Origin: a virus
Lineage: Duplodnaviria; Caudoviricetes
IMG/VR virus record: IMGVR_UViG_3300029787_000052
Coordinates: 1 to 57,432 of that record
Reading direction: 5' to 3' (one strand)
DNA: 57,432 bases
In this document: one piece after another, positions 43,817 to 54,045 of the stretch
How positions within the stretch are numbered: the stretch's first letter is position 1
Layout: each line of letters begins with the position of its first letter
Notes under the pieces: generated by a model
Database searches by the model: none
What the model saw: the letters and a program-made list of their open reading frames with translations, nothing else
Told to the model about the DNA's origin: nothing
Position numbers and translations under genes: made by a program

Positions 43817-46137
43817 TGACAATGTTCGGCTCACAATGGCTGGCTAACGCTGGGGCTAGCTACGAGATAGATCAGTCTATTCGTTTTAATGACGATGATT
43901 CTGCTTACCTAGAAAATGCAAATTACAGCAGTTCGCCAACGAGCGGCACTGATTGCACGTTTTCGTTTTGGGTAAAGCGTTGCAGATTAGGCGCAACGCA
44001 AATTTGTATATATGGCGGCGATGCAAGCGGCTCGACCTATGAGGGTATACGATTTGACTCTGACGATCAGTTCAGAGTTTTCCAAGCAAGCAGCGCCTAC
44101 GACATAATTAGCACTCAAGTTTTTCGTGATGTTTCGGCGTGGAGTCATTTTGTAGTTGCTTTTAACACCGACGATTCAACCGCTGCCGACAGAATAAAAA
44201 TATATCACAACGGGTCGCGCATTACTGATTTCAGTCTGCAAACAAACCCGTCGTCTGGATACGTCACCAACTTTAATACTGGTGGTTCCGGTGAAGCAAT
44301 TCAGATTGGTCGAGAAGGAGGCAACTCACAATTCCTTGATGGCTACATGGCTGAAATTGTTTTTATTGATGGACAGGCTCTAACACCTGCAAGTTTTGGT
44401 GAAACTAACGATGATGGTGTGTGGATACCGAAAAATTCGTCAAGTCTGACGTTTGGAACTAACGGCTATTACCTAAAAGGACAGGACAGTTCTGCACTTG
44501 GTGACGACACTAGCGGCAACGGCAACGACTTTACTAGCAGTGGCCTAGCAGCGGCGGATCAGATGTCCGATAGTCCGACTAACAATCACTGCACCCTTAA
44601 CCCCCTTTGGGTAGACGGTCACACACTAAGCGATGGCAATCTAGTTGCTTCCGCTGCGGCAGACAGTGCAGCTATCGGCACAATGGCTTTCGATCCTACC
44701 GACAGCGCCGGTTTTTATTTCGAGGCTAAAGTCACCACCGCCGCCACTTACCCTAATGTGGGCATCCGCACAATTGAAAGCCCCTCGCAAGTTGGAGCGG
44801 TTACAAGCCTGTCTGGTAACAGCACAGGTCGCTTCTCTTTTACCGGCAGCAATGGGCAATTCAGCGATGCGGGGTCAGGCTCAAGCTATGGGTCGGCTTG
44901 GGCGGGAACAGCCGACAAAGTCATCGGCGTTCTTGTCAAGGCCGGGGCTTTGTATTTCAGCATCGACGGTACAATTCAAAACTCAGGCACAGCGGCCAAG
45001 ACGGGCTTAACTGGTTTGATGTTGCCGACAGTTTTCTACGATGCTGGCAGCGGCACCACAGCGTCGTGGGAAATGAGATTTGACGCATCCGATTGGTCAA
45101 CGACGCCGAGCGGATATAAAGCTATCACTACCGACAACCTTGCCACACCATCGATCAAAGATGGGTCAGAGTATTTTCATTCACAACTTTACACAGGTAA
45201 TGGCAGCAGTGGCCTAGCTATTACAAACGACGCAAATGCCGGGGATTTTGAACCGGACCTTCTCATTATCGCACCCCGATCCAACGGCGATAATAAAGTC
45301 TGGCTTGATGATGTACGAGGTACAACAAAGCGGATTAAGTCAAATAGTGCTGATCCCGGTGATACGGACAGTCCCGCGCAAATCACCTTTGAGAGTGATG
45401 GCTTTGACCTCGACACGACAGATGTAAATTTTAATGGCTCAGGGAGAACCTATGTCGCGTGGCAATGGAAAAAAGGAGCAACCCCCGGCTTTGATATTGT
45501 CGAGTACACGGGCAACGCAACAAACCGCACAATTTCGCATTCGTTAGGAGTTGCCCCAGAGTGGATTGTTATTAAAGACACTTCAAACACTGAGAGTTGG
45601 GTTGTTGGTCACAATTCGATTGGCTTCACAAAAAACCTTTTTCTCAATCTGACAAATGCAGAAGCAAGCAGTTCTACGATTTGGCAAGACACTGCGCCGA
45701 CAAGTTCTGTTTTCTCAATCGGAACGTCCGACGGCGTAAACAAAAGCTCCGGCGCTCATATAGCGTATCTTTGGGCATCGGTTGATGGATTTTCAAAGTT
45801 TGGTTCCTACACAGGAAATGGAAATGCAGACGGTCCTTTTGTGTACACAGGATTCAAACCTGCTCTTGTAATACTTAAAGTATCTAGTAATTCACCAACT
45901 GGTTGGATTATTTTAGATAATAAAAGAGATACTTTTAATTCAGTAAATCATGTCCTTCAACCTAATAATTCCGAAACTGAAGTTAGTGGCTCTGATAACT
46001 GGGACTTTAATAGCAATGGATTCAAAGTAAGAACAACTTGGGCCGCTGCTAACGGTTCGGGTTACACAGTAACATACGTGGCCTTCGCAGAGCATCCGTT
46101 TGCGAACCCAGACGGCGCACCAGCGACAGCAAGATAG
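43816..46137 (+). CDS. Tail/receptor-binding protein with ConA/LamG-like and YTGNG-repeat domains
   Basis: SIRFND, TFSFWVKR, FRD.SAW.H.VV, G.D.SGNGN.F, repeated YTGNG, GFKPA. Confidence 0.8.
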   Translation: MTMFGSQWLANAGASYEIDQSIRFNDDDSAYLENANYSSSPTSGTDCTFSFWVKRCRLGATQICIYGGDASGSTYEGIRFDSDDQFRVFQASSAYDIISTQVFRDVSAWSHFVVAFNTDDSTAADRIKIYHNGSRITDFSLQTNPSSGYVTNFNTGGSGEAIQIGREGGNSQFLDGYMAEIVFIDGQALTPASFGETNDDGVWIPKNSSSLTFGTNGYYLKGQDSSALGDDTSGNGNDFTSSGLAAADQMSDSPTNNHCTLNPLWVDGHTLSDGNLVASAAADSAAIGTMAFDPTDSAGFYFEAKVTTAATYPNVGIRTIESPSQVGAVTSLSGNSTGRFSFTGSNGQFSDAGSGSSYGSAWAGTADKVIGVLVKAGALYFSIDGTIQNSGTAAKTGLTGLMLPTVFYDAGSGTTASWEMRFDASDWSTTPSGYKAITTDNLATPSIKDGSEYFHSQLYTGNGSSGLAITNDANAGDFEPDLLIIAPRSNGDNKVWLDDVRGTTKRIKSNSADPGDTDSPAQITFESDGFDLDTTDVNFNGSGRTYVAWQWKKGATPGFDIVEYTGNATNRTISHSLGVAPEWIVIKDTSNTESWVVGHNSIGFTKNLFLNLTNAEASSSTIWQDTAPTSSVFSIGTSDGVNKSSGAHIAYLWASVDGFSKFGSYTGNGNADGPFVYTGFKPALVILKVSSNSPTGWIILDNKRDTFNSVNHVLQPNNSETEVSGSDNWDFNSNGFKVRTTWAAANGSGYTVTYVAFAEHPFANPDGAPATAR

Positions 46138-46146
46138 GATAAGATT

Positions 46147-46710
46147 ATGTGGAAATACTCCGGCAGAACTATTAAGGAACACAAGGCGTGGACCGATGAC
46201 AACGGCATCACGCATCCTCAGAACTGGCACATCTGGTCGCCATCAGAAAAAGCTGCTGCTGGTTTAACTGAGGTAACACCAGAGACGCCACCTGATAGCC
46301 GCCTCTACACTTGGGGCTACCAAGCTGATGGTGTAACAATCTCCAAGACAGCTAGAAGTTTGACCGATGTAGGTTTGGTGGACGGCGACGGGAATGCGGT
46401 TAACGATGATGACGGCAATCAAATCATGCAGCCGGGAGTTCGGTCTGATCTAAAGGCTGAAGTAAAGTCTCAGCAAGGTTCTTTGCTTGCTCAAACGGAT
46501 TGGGCTGTCGTTCGGAAGGCTGATAAGGGAACTGCTATTCCGTCAAACATTCAGACCTATCGTGATGCGATCCGCACCAAAGCAACTGCAATGGAAAGCG
46601 CAATTGATGGTGCGGCAAACACTGATGCTGTAGCCGCGCTGTTTCTTACCATTGACTTAGAAGGAAATAAGTCCGGTATTCTTTATGATTGGCCTGTGTT
46701 GGGAAGCTAG
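46147..46710 (+). CDS. Tail fibre assembly/chaperone-like protein
   Basis: P.NW..WS, LL.QTDW.V.RK, YR..IR, terminal WP; follows the fibre gene. Confidence 0.7.
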   Translation: MWKYSGRTIKEHKAWTDDNGITHPQNWHIWSPSEKAAAGLTEVTPETPPDSRLYTWGYQADGVTISKTARSLTDVGLVDGDGNAVNDDDGNQIMQPGVRSDLKAEVKSQQGSLLAQTDWAVVRKADKGTAIPSNIQTYRDAIRTKATAMESAIDGAANTDAVAALFLTIDLEGNKSGILYDWPVLGS

Positions 46711-46713
46711 TAA

Positions 46714-48573
46714 ATGCCGTTAAAAGAATTAAAGTTCCGCGCTGGTATTAACAGGGAGTCTACGTCTTACTCCAATGAAGGCGGCTGGTTTGATTCTGAT
46801 AAGGTCCGATTTCGAGATAATTTTCCCGAAAAAATAGGCGGCTGGCAAAAGTATTCTGAGGCTCAGTTTCTTGGAACTTGTCGCTCTCTTTATTCATGGG
46901 TTGCTCTTGACGGGTCAATATATCTAGGCGTTGGCACTAATCTTAAGTTTTATGTGGAAGAGGGTGAGACCTATTCTGATATTACGCCTATCCGCAAAAC
47001 GACAACAAACAGCACAACTTTTGCAGCCACCAATGGCTCCGCGACAATTACAGTTACAGACAATACGCACGGGGCAAAAGAAGGCGACTTTGTTACCTTT
47101 AGTGGTGCCTCTAGTTTAGGCGGCAATGTCACAGCCGCGATCTTAAATGCAGAGCATCAAATTGTTAGCGTTCCTACTGGCAATACATACACGATTACTG
47201 TTTCAGTTACCGCTAACGCTAGTGACTCTGGAAACGGCGGCGGTTCCGTAACGTCTGTTTATCAAATAAATGTTGGTCTTGATACTGGGGTTACTGGAAC
47301 GGGCTGGGGTATTGGAACTTGGGGGCGCGGTACGTGGGGTTCCGGTGCTTCAAGTTCGGGTGCGGAAGCTCAACTAGGGCTGTGGACGCAGGATAACTTT
47401 GGAGAAGACCTGCTTATAAATCAGAGACAAGGAAATATTTATTACTGGGATTCATCTGCCGGGGTGAGCAATAGGGCCGTTGTCTTATCGGGTTTAACGG
47501 GGTCTAACAAAGCTCCCACAATAGCTAAACAGATCATGGTGTCGGACAGAGACAGGCACGTCATAGCTTTTGGGTGTGATGATGAATCTTCGATAGGAAC
47601 TCAAGACCCCCTACTTATAAGGTTTGCAGATCAGGAGTCTCTTACTGATTGGGAAACCAGAACCGACAACACAGCGGGTAGCCTTAAGCTGGGTACGGGT
47701 TCGGAGATCGTGTGCGCTAAAGAAGCTAGGGAAGAAATACTGGTTTGGACCGATGTGTCTTTGCATTCATTAAGGTTTCTTGGGCCACCGTTTACGTTTG
47801 GCATTACACAAATATCTGGTTTAATTACGATTATTTCTCCGAATGCCGCAATAGCCGTTGAAGATTTTTCTGTGTGGATGGGGCGGGATGATTTTTACGT
47901 TTATAAAGGTGGCGTGAGTACGCTGCCCTGTTCAGTCAAGCAGTATGTATTTAGTGATATGAACTTAACGCAAATACAGAAAATAGTTTGCGGCGTTAAT
48001 TCTGCATTTAGTGAAGTCTGGTGGTTCTATCCTTCTTCCGGGGCGACAGAAAATGACAGGTATGTTGTTTGGAATTACACAAATAATCTGTGGTACTACG
48101 GAACGCTTCCAAGAACAGCTTGGTTGGATCGCGGAATTAAAGATTTCCCTGTAGCTGCATCTAATGATCAGTATCTTTATAGTCATGAATTTGGTTTAGA
48201 CGACGGTTCAACAGTGCCAGCGTCCGCAATCTCTTCTTATATTGAGTCGTCTCAAGTTGATATCGGAGAAGGGGATAGATTTTCTTTTGTAAGCAGAATT
48301 ATTCCTGACATCTCTTTTACCACCAGCAGCGTGTCGGACCCTAGCGCCAACCTGATACTAAAGAGCAGAAACTTCCCCGGCGCTAATTATGAGCAGACTG
48401 ATACATCTGGTGTCACGCAAACATCATCGTCTCCTGTAGAGTTGTACACAGAAAAAGCAGATGTGCGCTTGCGAGGTAGGTCGATGACGTTGCGAGTAGA
48501 GTCAAGCGACGTGGGTGTGCAGTGGAAGTTAGGAACGCCCCGCATGGATGTGCGTCCTGATGGTAGGCGCTAA
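46714..48573 (+). CDS. Tail nozzle / packaged-DNA stabilization protein
   Basis: GI.RE.T.Y..EG.W...DKVRFR...PEKIGGW; propeller-like repeats; ends PDGRR. Confidence 0.7.
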   Translation: MPLKELKFRAGINRESTSYSNEGGWFDSDKVRFRDNFPEKIGGWQKYSEAQFLGTCRSLYSWVALDGSIYLGVGTNLKFYVEEGETYSDITPIRKTTTNSTTFAATNGSATITVTDNTHGAKEGDFVTFSGASSLGGNVTAAILNAEHQIVSVPTGNTYTITVSVTANASDSGNGGGSVTSVYQINVGLDTGVTGTGWGIGTWGRGTWGSGASSSGAEAQLGLWTQDNFGEDLLINQRQGNIYYWDSSAGVSNRAVVLSGLTGSNKAPTIAKQIMVSDRDRHVIAFGCDDESSIGTQDPLLIRFADQESLTDWETRTDNTAGSLKLGTGSEIVCAKEAREEILVWTDVSLHSLRFLGPPFTFGITQISGLITIISPNAAIAVEDFSVWMGRDDFYVYKGGVSTLPCSVKQYVFSDMNLTQIQKIVCGVNSAFSEVWWFYPSSGATENDRYVVWNYTNNLWYYGTLPRTAWLDRGIKDFPVAASNDQYLYSHEFGLDDGSTVPASAISSYIESSQVDIGEGDRFSFVSRIIPDISFTTSSVSDPSANLILKSRNFPGANYEQTDTSGVTQTSSSPVELYTEKADVRLRGRSMTLRVESSDVGVQWKLGTPRMDVRPDGRR

Positions 48574-48878
48574 TGACAAGCCGCCCAATAGCTCCCACTA
48601 AGCCGACATTCTTGTCGCCCCCGTTTACTTACGACGTTGGGTATTTCGGAACCCTTTCTGCTAACTTAAACATTCTGGTGGCGCAGATAGAGAATCCGGG
48701 GCTTGTGCAGACTTCGGGTTTAAATATCACAAATCTACTTAACAATGATTCAACTCTGGCTGTTGGTGACGTTTTTGAGGTGGATGGATTTTTAAAAGTC
48801 AGTAGAATAAATAATCCAAATGTTGCTGGAAATAGTGGGACAATGTCAGTTGGTTCCGTAACGGTAACAATTAGTTAG
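48573..48878 (+). CDS. Small virion protein
   Basis: TAATG coupling; C-terminal SVGSVTVTIS. Confidence 0.7.
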   Translation: MTSRPIAPTKPTFLSPPFTYDVGYFGTLSANLNILVAQIENPGLVQTSGLNITNLLNNDSTLAVGDVFEVDGFLKVSRINNPNVAGNSGTMSVGSVTVTIS

Positions 48879-48914
48879 CGGGATCATGACAAGTCAATAC
48901 GATTGGAGGATGCT

Positions 48915-50510
48915 ATGAGCCTAGTAGAAGCAGCGGAAGCCGTAAGACAAAGGGGACGGTTTGGCGATAGCGTCCTGATGCATGTAAACCCTCAGGAAGC
49001 AGAGGCTCTGGCGGCTGGCTCAGGTGGTTATCTAACCACTAACCCAGACACCGGATTACCCGAAGCGTTCCTTCCTGCGCTCCTTCCGATACTTGGCGGT
49101 ATAGGAGGAACAGCTTTGGCGACCTCTGGCGCTCTTGCTGGTCTGGGCGGCTTGGGGGCTTTTTTTGCCGCAAACCCCGCCCTAGCGGGGGCTGTCGGCT
49201 CAGGACTAGGAAAGACAATAGCTACTGGTGATCTCGGCGAAGGTCTTAAAACCGGACTGATATCAGGCGTAACTGGCACTTTATTGCAGGGTCTGACGAG
49301 CGGTGGTGATTTTATAAGATCAGCGGAGTCTATTGGGGGAGCGGATGCACTGGCAGCGGCTAGGGCTGCGGACGCTACTGCTAATGTGGTGCCCAGTATT
49401 GATGCTGCTGATTCTGCCTTAGCTTTACAGGCAGGTCCGGGGGGTGATTTAATCTATGGCTCAGGGAGTACGGGAAGTCTAGAAGCCCTTGATCTTGCGC
49501 GTGCGGCCAATCCAGCAGGATATGCCCCCGACGCAAGCATAACAACAAGGTTGCCAACATCTTCTTCGCTGGGGGTAGGGGAGTTTGCTGGCCAATCAGC
49601 CAAAGACATAGGCACAATCGATAGAATTTTAGAGCCTCCGCGTCCCGCTTATGTAGACCCAACAACGGGAGAATTTGTTAAAGGACAAATAAATCCACTG
49701 GGCCAAGCGGTAGGCGGCGTTGGTAGTTCGATCCTAGAAGAGGCTGCGTTCCCAACAACAGTTAACTTTGATGAAGAAGAAGAAAAAGTATACAGACCCC
49801 AACGGTTTGGAACACGGGATCGGTTTACTCCAGATGCCGACTATCGTGGCGGCATAGACCCAGAGTTTAATTACTTCTCACCCACTCGGTTTGTTGCTGA
49901 TGGCGGGGCTATGCGTATGCAAATGGGTGGTCTTGCAGCTTTGGAAGAAATGCAGGGCATGGACCCTACCGCATCAGGATTAGGCGCAATGGCTGGTGTC
50001 ATGGAGGGTGCTGATCCTGACTCATCAATGATGCAGATACAATCAATGATGATGGAGGGGGCTTCTCCTGATGGAGACACCCAAGACATAATTGTTGAGG
50101 AAGCTATTTCAGCTATTCGTGGTGAACATGCAAACCCAGACGTAGCCATTCAATCTTTTGTCGCGCAGTACGGTGAAGCGGCCCTTAATGTTTTGGTCGA
50201 ACAAGTCGGTCAAGAAATGATGATGGAGCAAATGGGTCAAAATCAAGACATGCTTGTCGAGGGCGATGGGATAGTTGAGGGTATCGGCAAGGGCCGTGAT
50301 GACATGGTTCAGGCAAGCTTAGAGGGTGAGAAGGACGTTCTTCTTTCTCGTGACGAGTTTGTTTTACCCGCTGATGTTGTTTCTGGTTTGGGAGATGGCA
50401 GCACACGGGCTGGAGAAGAAGAACTAATGAAGCTAATTGATCGTGTACGTACACGGCGCACAGGAACAAAAGAGCCGCCGAACATGGTCGGGCAGGTAAT
50501 GCCAGCATGA
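48915..50510 (+). CDS. Internal virion/ejection protein
   Basis: GR.GD..L.H.NP.E, LT.NP.TGLPEAF, Gly/Ala hydrophobic segment, C-terminal G.G.G.DD...LS..EFV.PADVV domain. Confidence 0.75.
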   Translation: MSLVEAAEAVRQRGRFGDSVLMHVNPQEAEALAAGSGGYLTTNPDTGLPEAFLPALLPILGGIGGTALATSGALAGLGGLGAFFAANPALAGAVGSGLGKTIATGDLGEGLKTGLISGVTGTLLQGLTSGGDFIRSAESIGGADALAAARAADATANVVPSIDAADSALALQAGPGGDLIYGSGSTGSLEALDLARAANPAGYAPDASITTRLPTSSSLGVGEFAGQSAKDIGTIDRILEPPRPAYVDPTTGEFVKGQINPLGQAVGGVGSSILEEAAFPTTVNFDEEEEKVYRPQRFGTRDRFTPDADYRGGIDPEFNYFSPTRFVADGGAMRMQMGGLAALEEMQGMDPTASGLGAMAGVMEGADPDSSMMQIQSMMMEGASPDGDTQDIIVEEAISAIRGEHANPDVAIQSFVAQYGEAALNVLVEQVGQEMMMEQMGQNQDMLVEGDGIVEGIGKGRDDMVQASLEGEKDVLLSRDEFVLPADVVSGLGDGSTRAGEEELMKLIDRVRTRRTGTKEPPNMVGQVMPA

Positions 50511-50923
50511 TTGTATCCCTTGTCCCACCTGAATACGTTGACAAAGAGTGGCCGCATGTAGCTGATCTCTTGTTAAAAGCTATTCTATTTTCAGGGGGAC
50601 GCTGGGATATTGAGTCTGTACGCGAAGAGGTAAGAGCAGGTCGGCAGCATTTATTTCTTGTTTATGACGAAGACAAGAAAGAAACAAAGGCCGCTTGGAC
50701 ATCTAAGTTTGTAGAGTACCCCGGCTCTAAGGCTTTGCAGACATTGTTTATAGGCGGCTCTGGGTACGATGAGTGGTTTGGAGAAGTAAACAATTTTATC
50801 AAAAGCTGGGCTGAAGATAACGATTGTAATTTTGTTGAATTTATTGGCCGTAAGGGTTGGGAAAGAAAGCTGAAAAAGATTGGCTGGACTTCTGAGTATT
50901 GTTCTTATCGGATGGAGGTTTAG
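50507..50923 (+). CDS. GNAT-fold-like small protein of the ejection cluster
   Basis: W..V, YP..K.L....GG, WA....C...E..GRKGW.R.L motifs. Confidence 0.6.
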   Translation: MIVSLVPPEYVDKEWPHVADLLLKAILFSGGRWDIESVREEVRAGRQHLFLVYDEDKKETKAAWTSKFVEYPGSKALQTLFIGGSGYDEWFGEVNNFIKSWAEDNDCNFVEFIGRKGWERKLKKIGWTSEYCSYRMEV

Positions 50924-50925
50924 TT

Positions 50926-51984
50926 ATGGGAAAAGGCGCACCACCCTCACCGGGGCCGCAGACATCACAGGTTACTCAGACAACGAGCAATCTTCCTGAT
51001 TATGTAGAACCGTATTTTACGAGACTGCTAGACAGGACCGAGGTTCAAACTAATCTGCCGTATGAAACTTATACTGACTCTAGGATAGCAGAGCCGACAA
51101 CGTCAGGTATTGCTTCTGAACAGCTAACTCGTGACATAGCGACAGACACTGCTTTGCAGCGTAGCTTTGATACGGCAGGTGCTGAATTTGCTGAACAGGT
51201 TGCTCGTCCAACTCAATTTACAGGCACTGATCTTGCGGGACAGTTTGATCCAGCAACTTCATTTGCCCAGTATGCAGCGCCTACCGAAGCTGTCTTAGCT
51301 GCAAGAGACCCCCGCACTCAGGTGCAGAGTTTCGTAAATCCTTATTTAGAAAACGTGCTGGCACAGCAAGAAGCTTCCGCCAAGCGACGGTTTGATGAGG
51401 CTAAGGCAGGAAGAGATGCAGCGGCAATCGAAGCGGATGCGTTTGGCAGTAGCAGAAGGTTTGTTACTGAACAACTAGCGCAACGTGATCTTGATGAAAG
51501 GCTTGATCAAATGGGCGCTGAAGCAAGGGCTAATGCTTTTAATCAAGCCCTTCAGGCGGCGACTGGTCAACAAGAGCTTGCTGTTAAAACAAGGGCGCAA
51601 GCTTTATCTGACGCGGCGGCGCAGCAAGAACGAAGATTGGCAGCAGCAGAAACCGCTGATCGTCTTGGTCTTGCTGGAGCCGAAGCAATGCTGGGTGCTG
51701 CCCCGGTTTTACAGAAGACTCGACTAGAACAGGCTGCTGCTTTAGCGGGTGTAGGTGAGTCAGAAAGATTAAGGCGACAGGCAGAACTTGATCTTAGTTT
51801 CCAAGATTTCATTAACCAGCGTGACTACGAAAGAGGTCAGCTACAGTATCTGTCTTCAATTCTTCGTGGTGTGCCTATCACGCCAGAATCAGAAGTGCGC
51901 CGTATGGAGCCGCCGCCCAGTCCGTATGCTCCTCTTCTAAGTCTTGGCTTGGGCGCTGCTGGCCTGTCTAAGCTGCTGGGGTAA
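50926..51984 (+). CDS. Internal virion/pilot protein
   Basis: MGKG, LP.Y..PY, NPY..NV, AFG.SR, Q..LD...QDF, hydrophobic C-terminus. Confidence 0.75.
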   Translation: MGKGAPPSPGPQTSQVTQTTSNLPDYVEPYFTRLLDRTEVQTNLPYETYTDSRIAEPTTSGIASEQLTRDIATDTALQRSFDTAGAEFAEQVARPTQFTGTDLAGQFDPATSFAQYAAPTEAVLAARDPRTQVQSFVNPYLENVLAQQEASAKRRFDEAKAGRDAAAIEADAFGSSRRFVTEQLAQRDLDERLDQMGAEARANAFNQALQAATGQQELAVKTRAQALSDAAAQQERRLAAAETADRLGLAGAEAMLGAAPVLQKTRLEQAAALAGVGESERLRRQAELDLSFQDFINQRDYERGQLQYLSSILRGVPITPESEVRRMEPPPSPYAPLLSLGLGAAGLSKLLG

Positions 51985-51996
51985 AGGGGAAGTAAG

Positions 51997-54042
51997 ATGG
52001 TAGCAAACCTTGTTCAAATTCAAGATAAGCTGAAAGACCTAAGCGATAATCAGCTTAGGACCGCTTATTCTCAAGGCACTGTTCCTCAGTTTCTGGTTAT
52101 GACCGAGATGGGTCGTCGCAAGGAAATGAAGGAAGAGTACCAGAAGAATCAAGCTCAAGGTTCTACGACTGTTGCGGAGGACATACTTTCTCCTGCCGCT
52201 AACATGGCGCGTGGTCTAGGTGCTATGGCGCAGCCTCAGAACAGGATGGCTACCCAGCCACAAAATCTGCCCATTGAGCAGTCAATGGCAACCATGCCGC
52301 CGTCTCCTCAACCAATGGCTAATAAGTTACCAGTAACTCGTATGGCTGATGGTGGCCTTGCAAAGATCAAGGCGCGTAATGGTATGAGCCTTGGTTATGA
52401 CCCCTCCTATCTTGGTGCCTTATTTCCGGGCGGGAGTTTTAGTCCTGAGGCTTTTCGGGAACTTTACCTTGGCCAAGTACCTGCTAATCAACAAAGACAG
52501 AGCAGCGTGAGAAGTGGACTTAGAGCAGGTTCTGATATTGGGGCTGGAACCTTTTTTACTCCAAGAGGCGCGATGGAAGCAGCGTTCCCTAGTGATATGG
52601 ATGCGCGTACCAAGGCTATCGAAGCAGTTGCTGCTACTTATAAGCAGCCCAGTATTTTTAGTAGAATTTTTAGCGGTACATCTCCATCAAGCAGCGGACA
52701 AATGGGGCGGGGTTCTAGGTCAGCCGTTAAACCGGCTCCCCCTTCAGTGGTTGAGCAAACTGGTTTTCCGGTCGATGCAGCAGGGCTTCTCATCGGTGAA
52801 TCTCCTGTAAAGAAGGTCGAACCCACTTCCCCTCCTGTTGTTCCTGTTTCGGTTGGTGGGGCTAAACCATCTACTGTAGATATATCTTCATTGCTGCCTA
52901 AGCCTCAGGCCAGTCCCGCTGCTGGGTTTAATACTCCTCTGTCTTTGTATGAAGACAGGTTAAGGGCAGCAGCAGCAAGACAGCAGCCAGAGGTTACTTA
53001 TAGCTCGTCCCTTACTAGCGCCGAAGCGGCGGCGAAGAAAGCGTTAACAGATGCACAGGCGGGATTAACGGCTGACTCTGCGTATAAAGATTTAGCTACG
53101 GCTTTGACTGATAGGAGAGATGCTATTGGTGGCCAGCGCGATGAGGCTGCTGGACTGGCTCTTCTCGAAGCCGCCGCTAGAATTGCTGGTTCTAAAAGCC
53201 CGTTCATTACTCAAGCTATTGGCGAAGCAGCCCCTGCGATTGCAAGCTACGGTAAAAGCTTAAGCGAAGTTAGAAAGCAAGAGAATGCTTTGTTTGACGC
53301 AGAAGCAAAGCTTACGCAGCTAGAAGTAGCAGAAGCTGCTGGCAGAAAAGACGAGGTTTCAAAGTTGCGTGGAGAGCTTCGTGATCTTGACAAGGTGCGT
53401 CGAGATATTGATGAAAAAGCTTTCAATAGATTTGAAAAGACGCGCAACCTTGAGATCAATGTAATTAAAGCCGAACAGCAGTTTGCTACTGCAAGAACCA
53501 CTGAGGCTCGTGAGAACGCAAGATTTCAACTTTCAGCAGCAAAGGATGAAAGAGAAAAAAACTCTCTTGCGAACCAGCTTGGAGAAACTCAAGCTAACAT
53601 TATTGAGCTTGAAGACTTGCTTCGTAGTGGGAAAAGCAGGGGTGGTCAACCTTTGACTGATGCTGAGAAAGCAGCGGTGCAAGATCGCATTGGAGAATTA
53701 AAAACCAGAGGAAAAGATATAGCTGGTTTAGTTAAGTCAATGAAGGGTGATGATCTTTTAACGGCTACAAGAAAGCAAGAGCTAGTTAAGAAATACAATG
53801 CCCAAATTGATAGTATTAAAAAGACACTAGGTTATGGGGTCGATACTTATATTTCACAGGCAAAGATAAAGGGTCTTACAGAAGAAGAGGCCAGAAAAGA
53901 GTTTGATAACTTGAAACAACAGCAAGCTGTCATGCAAAGAGAAATTAACAGCTTGTTGAATCTGAGTGGGGTAGCACCGGCTGGCACTTCGACTGGTGCC
54001 CTACCAAACGTAAATTTCAAAGTTAAGAAACCAAGTTCTTAG
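51997..54042 (+). CDS. Internal virion/ejection protein (coiled coil)
   Basis: Q..LK.LSD.QL..P..LV..E..RR, TVAE, RMADGGLA; lies before the giant protein. Confidence 0.75.
   Translation: MVANLVQIQDKLKDLSDNQLRTAYSQGTVPQFLVMTEMGRRKEMKEEYQKNQAQGSTTVAEDILSPAANMARGLGAMAQPQNRMATQPQNLPIEQSMATMPPSPQPMANKLPVTRMADGGLAKIKARNGMSLGYDPSYLGALFPGGSFSPEAFRELYLGQVPANQQRQSSVRSGLRAGSDIGAGTFFTPRGAMEAAFPSDMDARTKAIEAVAATYKQPSIFSRIFSGTSPSSSGQMGRGSRSAVKPAPPSVVEQTGFPVDAAGLLIGESPVKKVEPTSPPVVPVSVGGAKPSTVDISSLLPKPQASPAAGFNTPLSLYEDRLRAAAARQQPEVTYSSSLTSAEAAAKKALTDAQAGLTADSAYKDLATALTDRRDAIGGQRDEAAGLALLEAAARIAGSKSPFITQAIGEAAPAIASYGKSLSEVRKQENALFDAEAKLTQLEVAEAAGRKDEVSKLRGELRDLDKVRRDIDEKAFNRFEKTRNLEINVIKAEQQFATARTTEARENARFQLSAAKDEREKNSLANQLGETQANIIELEDLLRSGKSRGGQPLTDAEKAAVQDRIGELKTRGKDIAGLVKSMKGDDLLTATRKQELVKKYNAQIDSIKKTLGYGVDTYISQAKIKGLTEEEARKEFDNLKQQQAVMQREINSLLNLSGVAPAGTSTGALPNVNFKVKKPSS
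52324..52339. promoter_or_regulatory. 16-bp palindromic element AAGTTACCAGTAACTC (intragenic)
   Basis: Exact consensus match encoding KLPVT in a low-complexity linker. Confidence 0.6.
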
Positions 54043-54045
54043 ATA

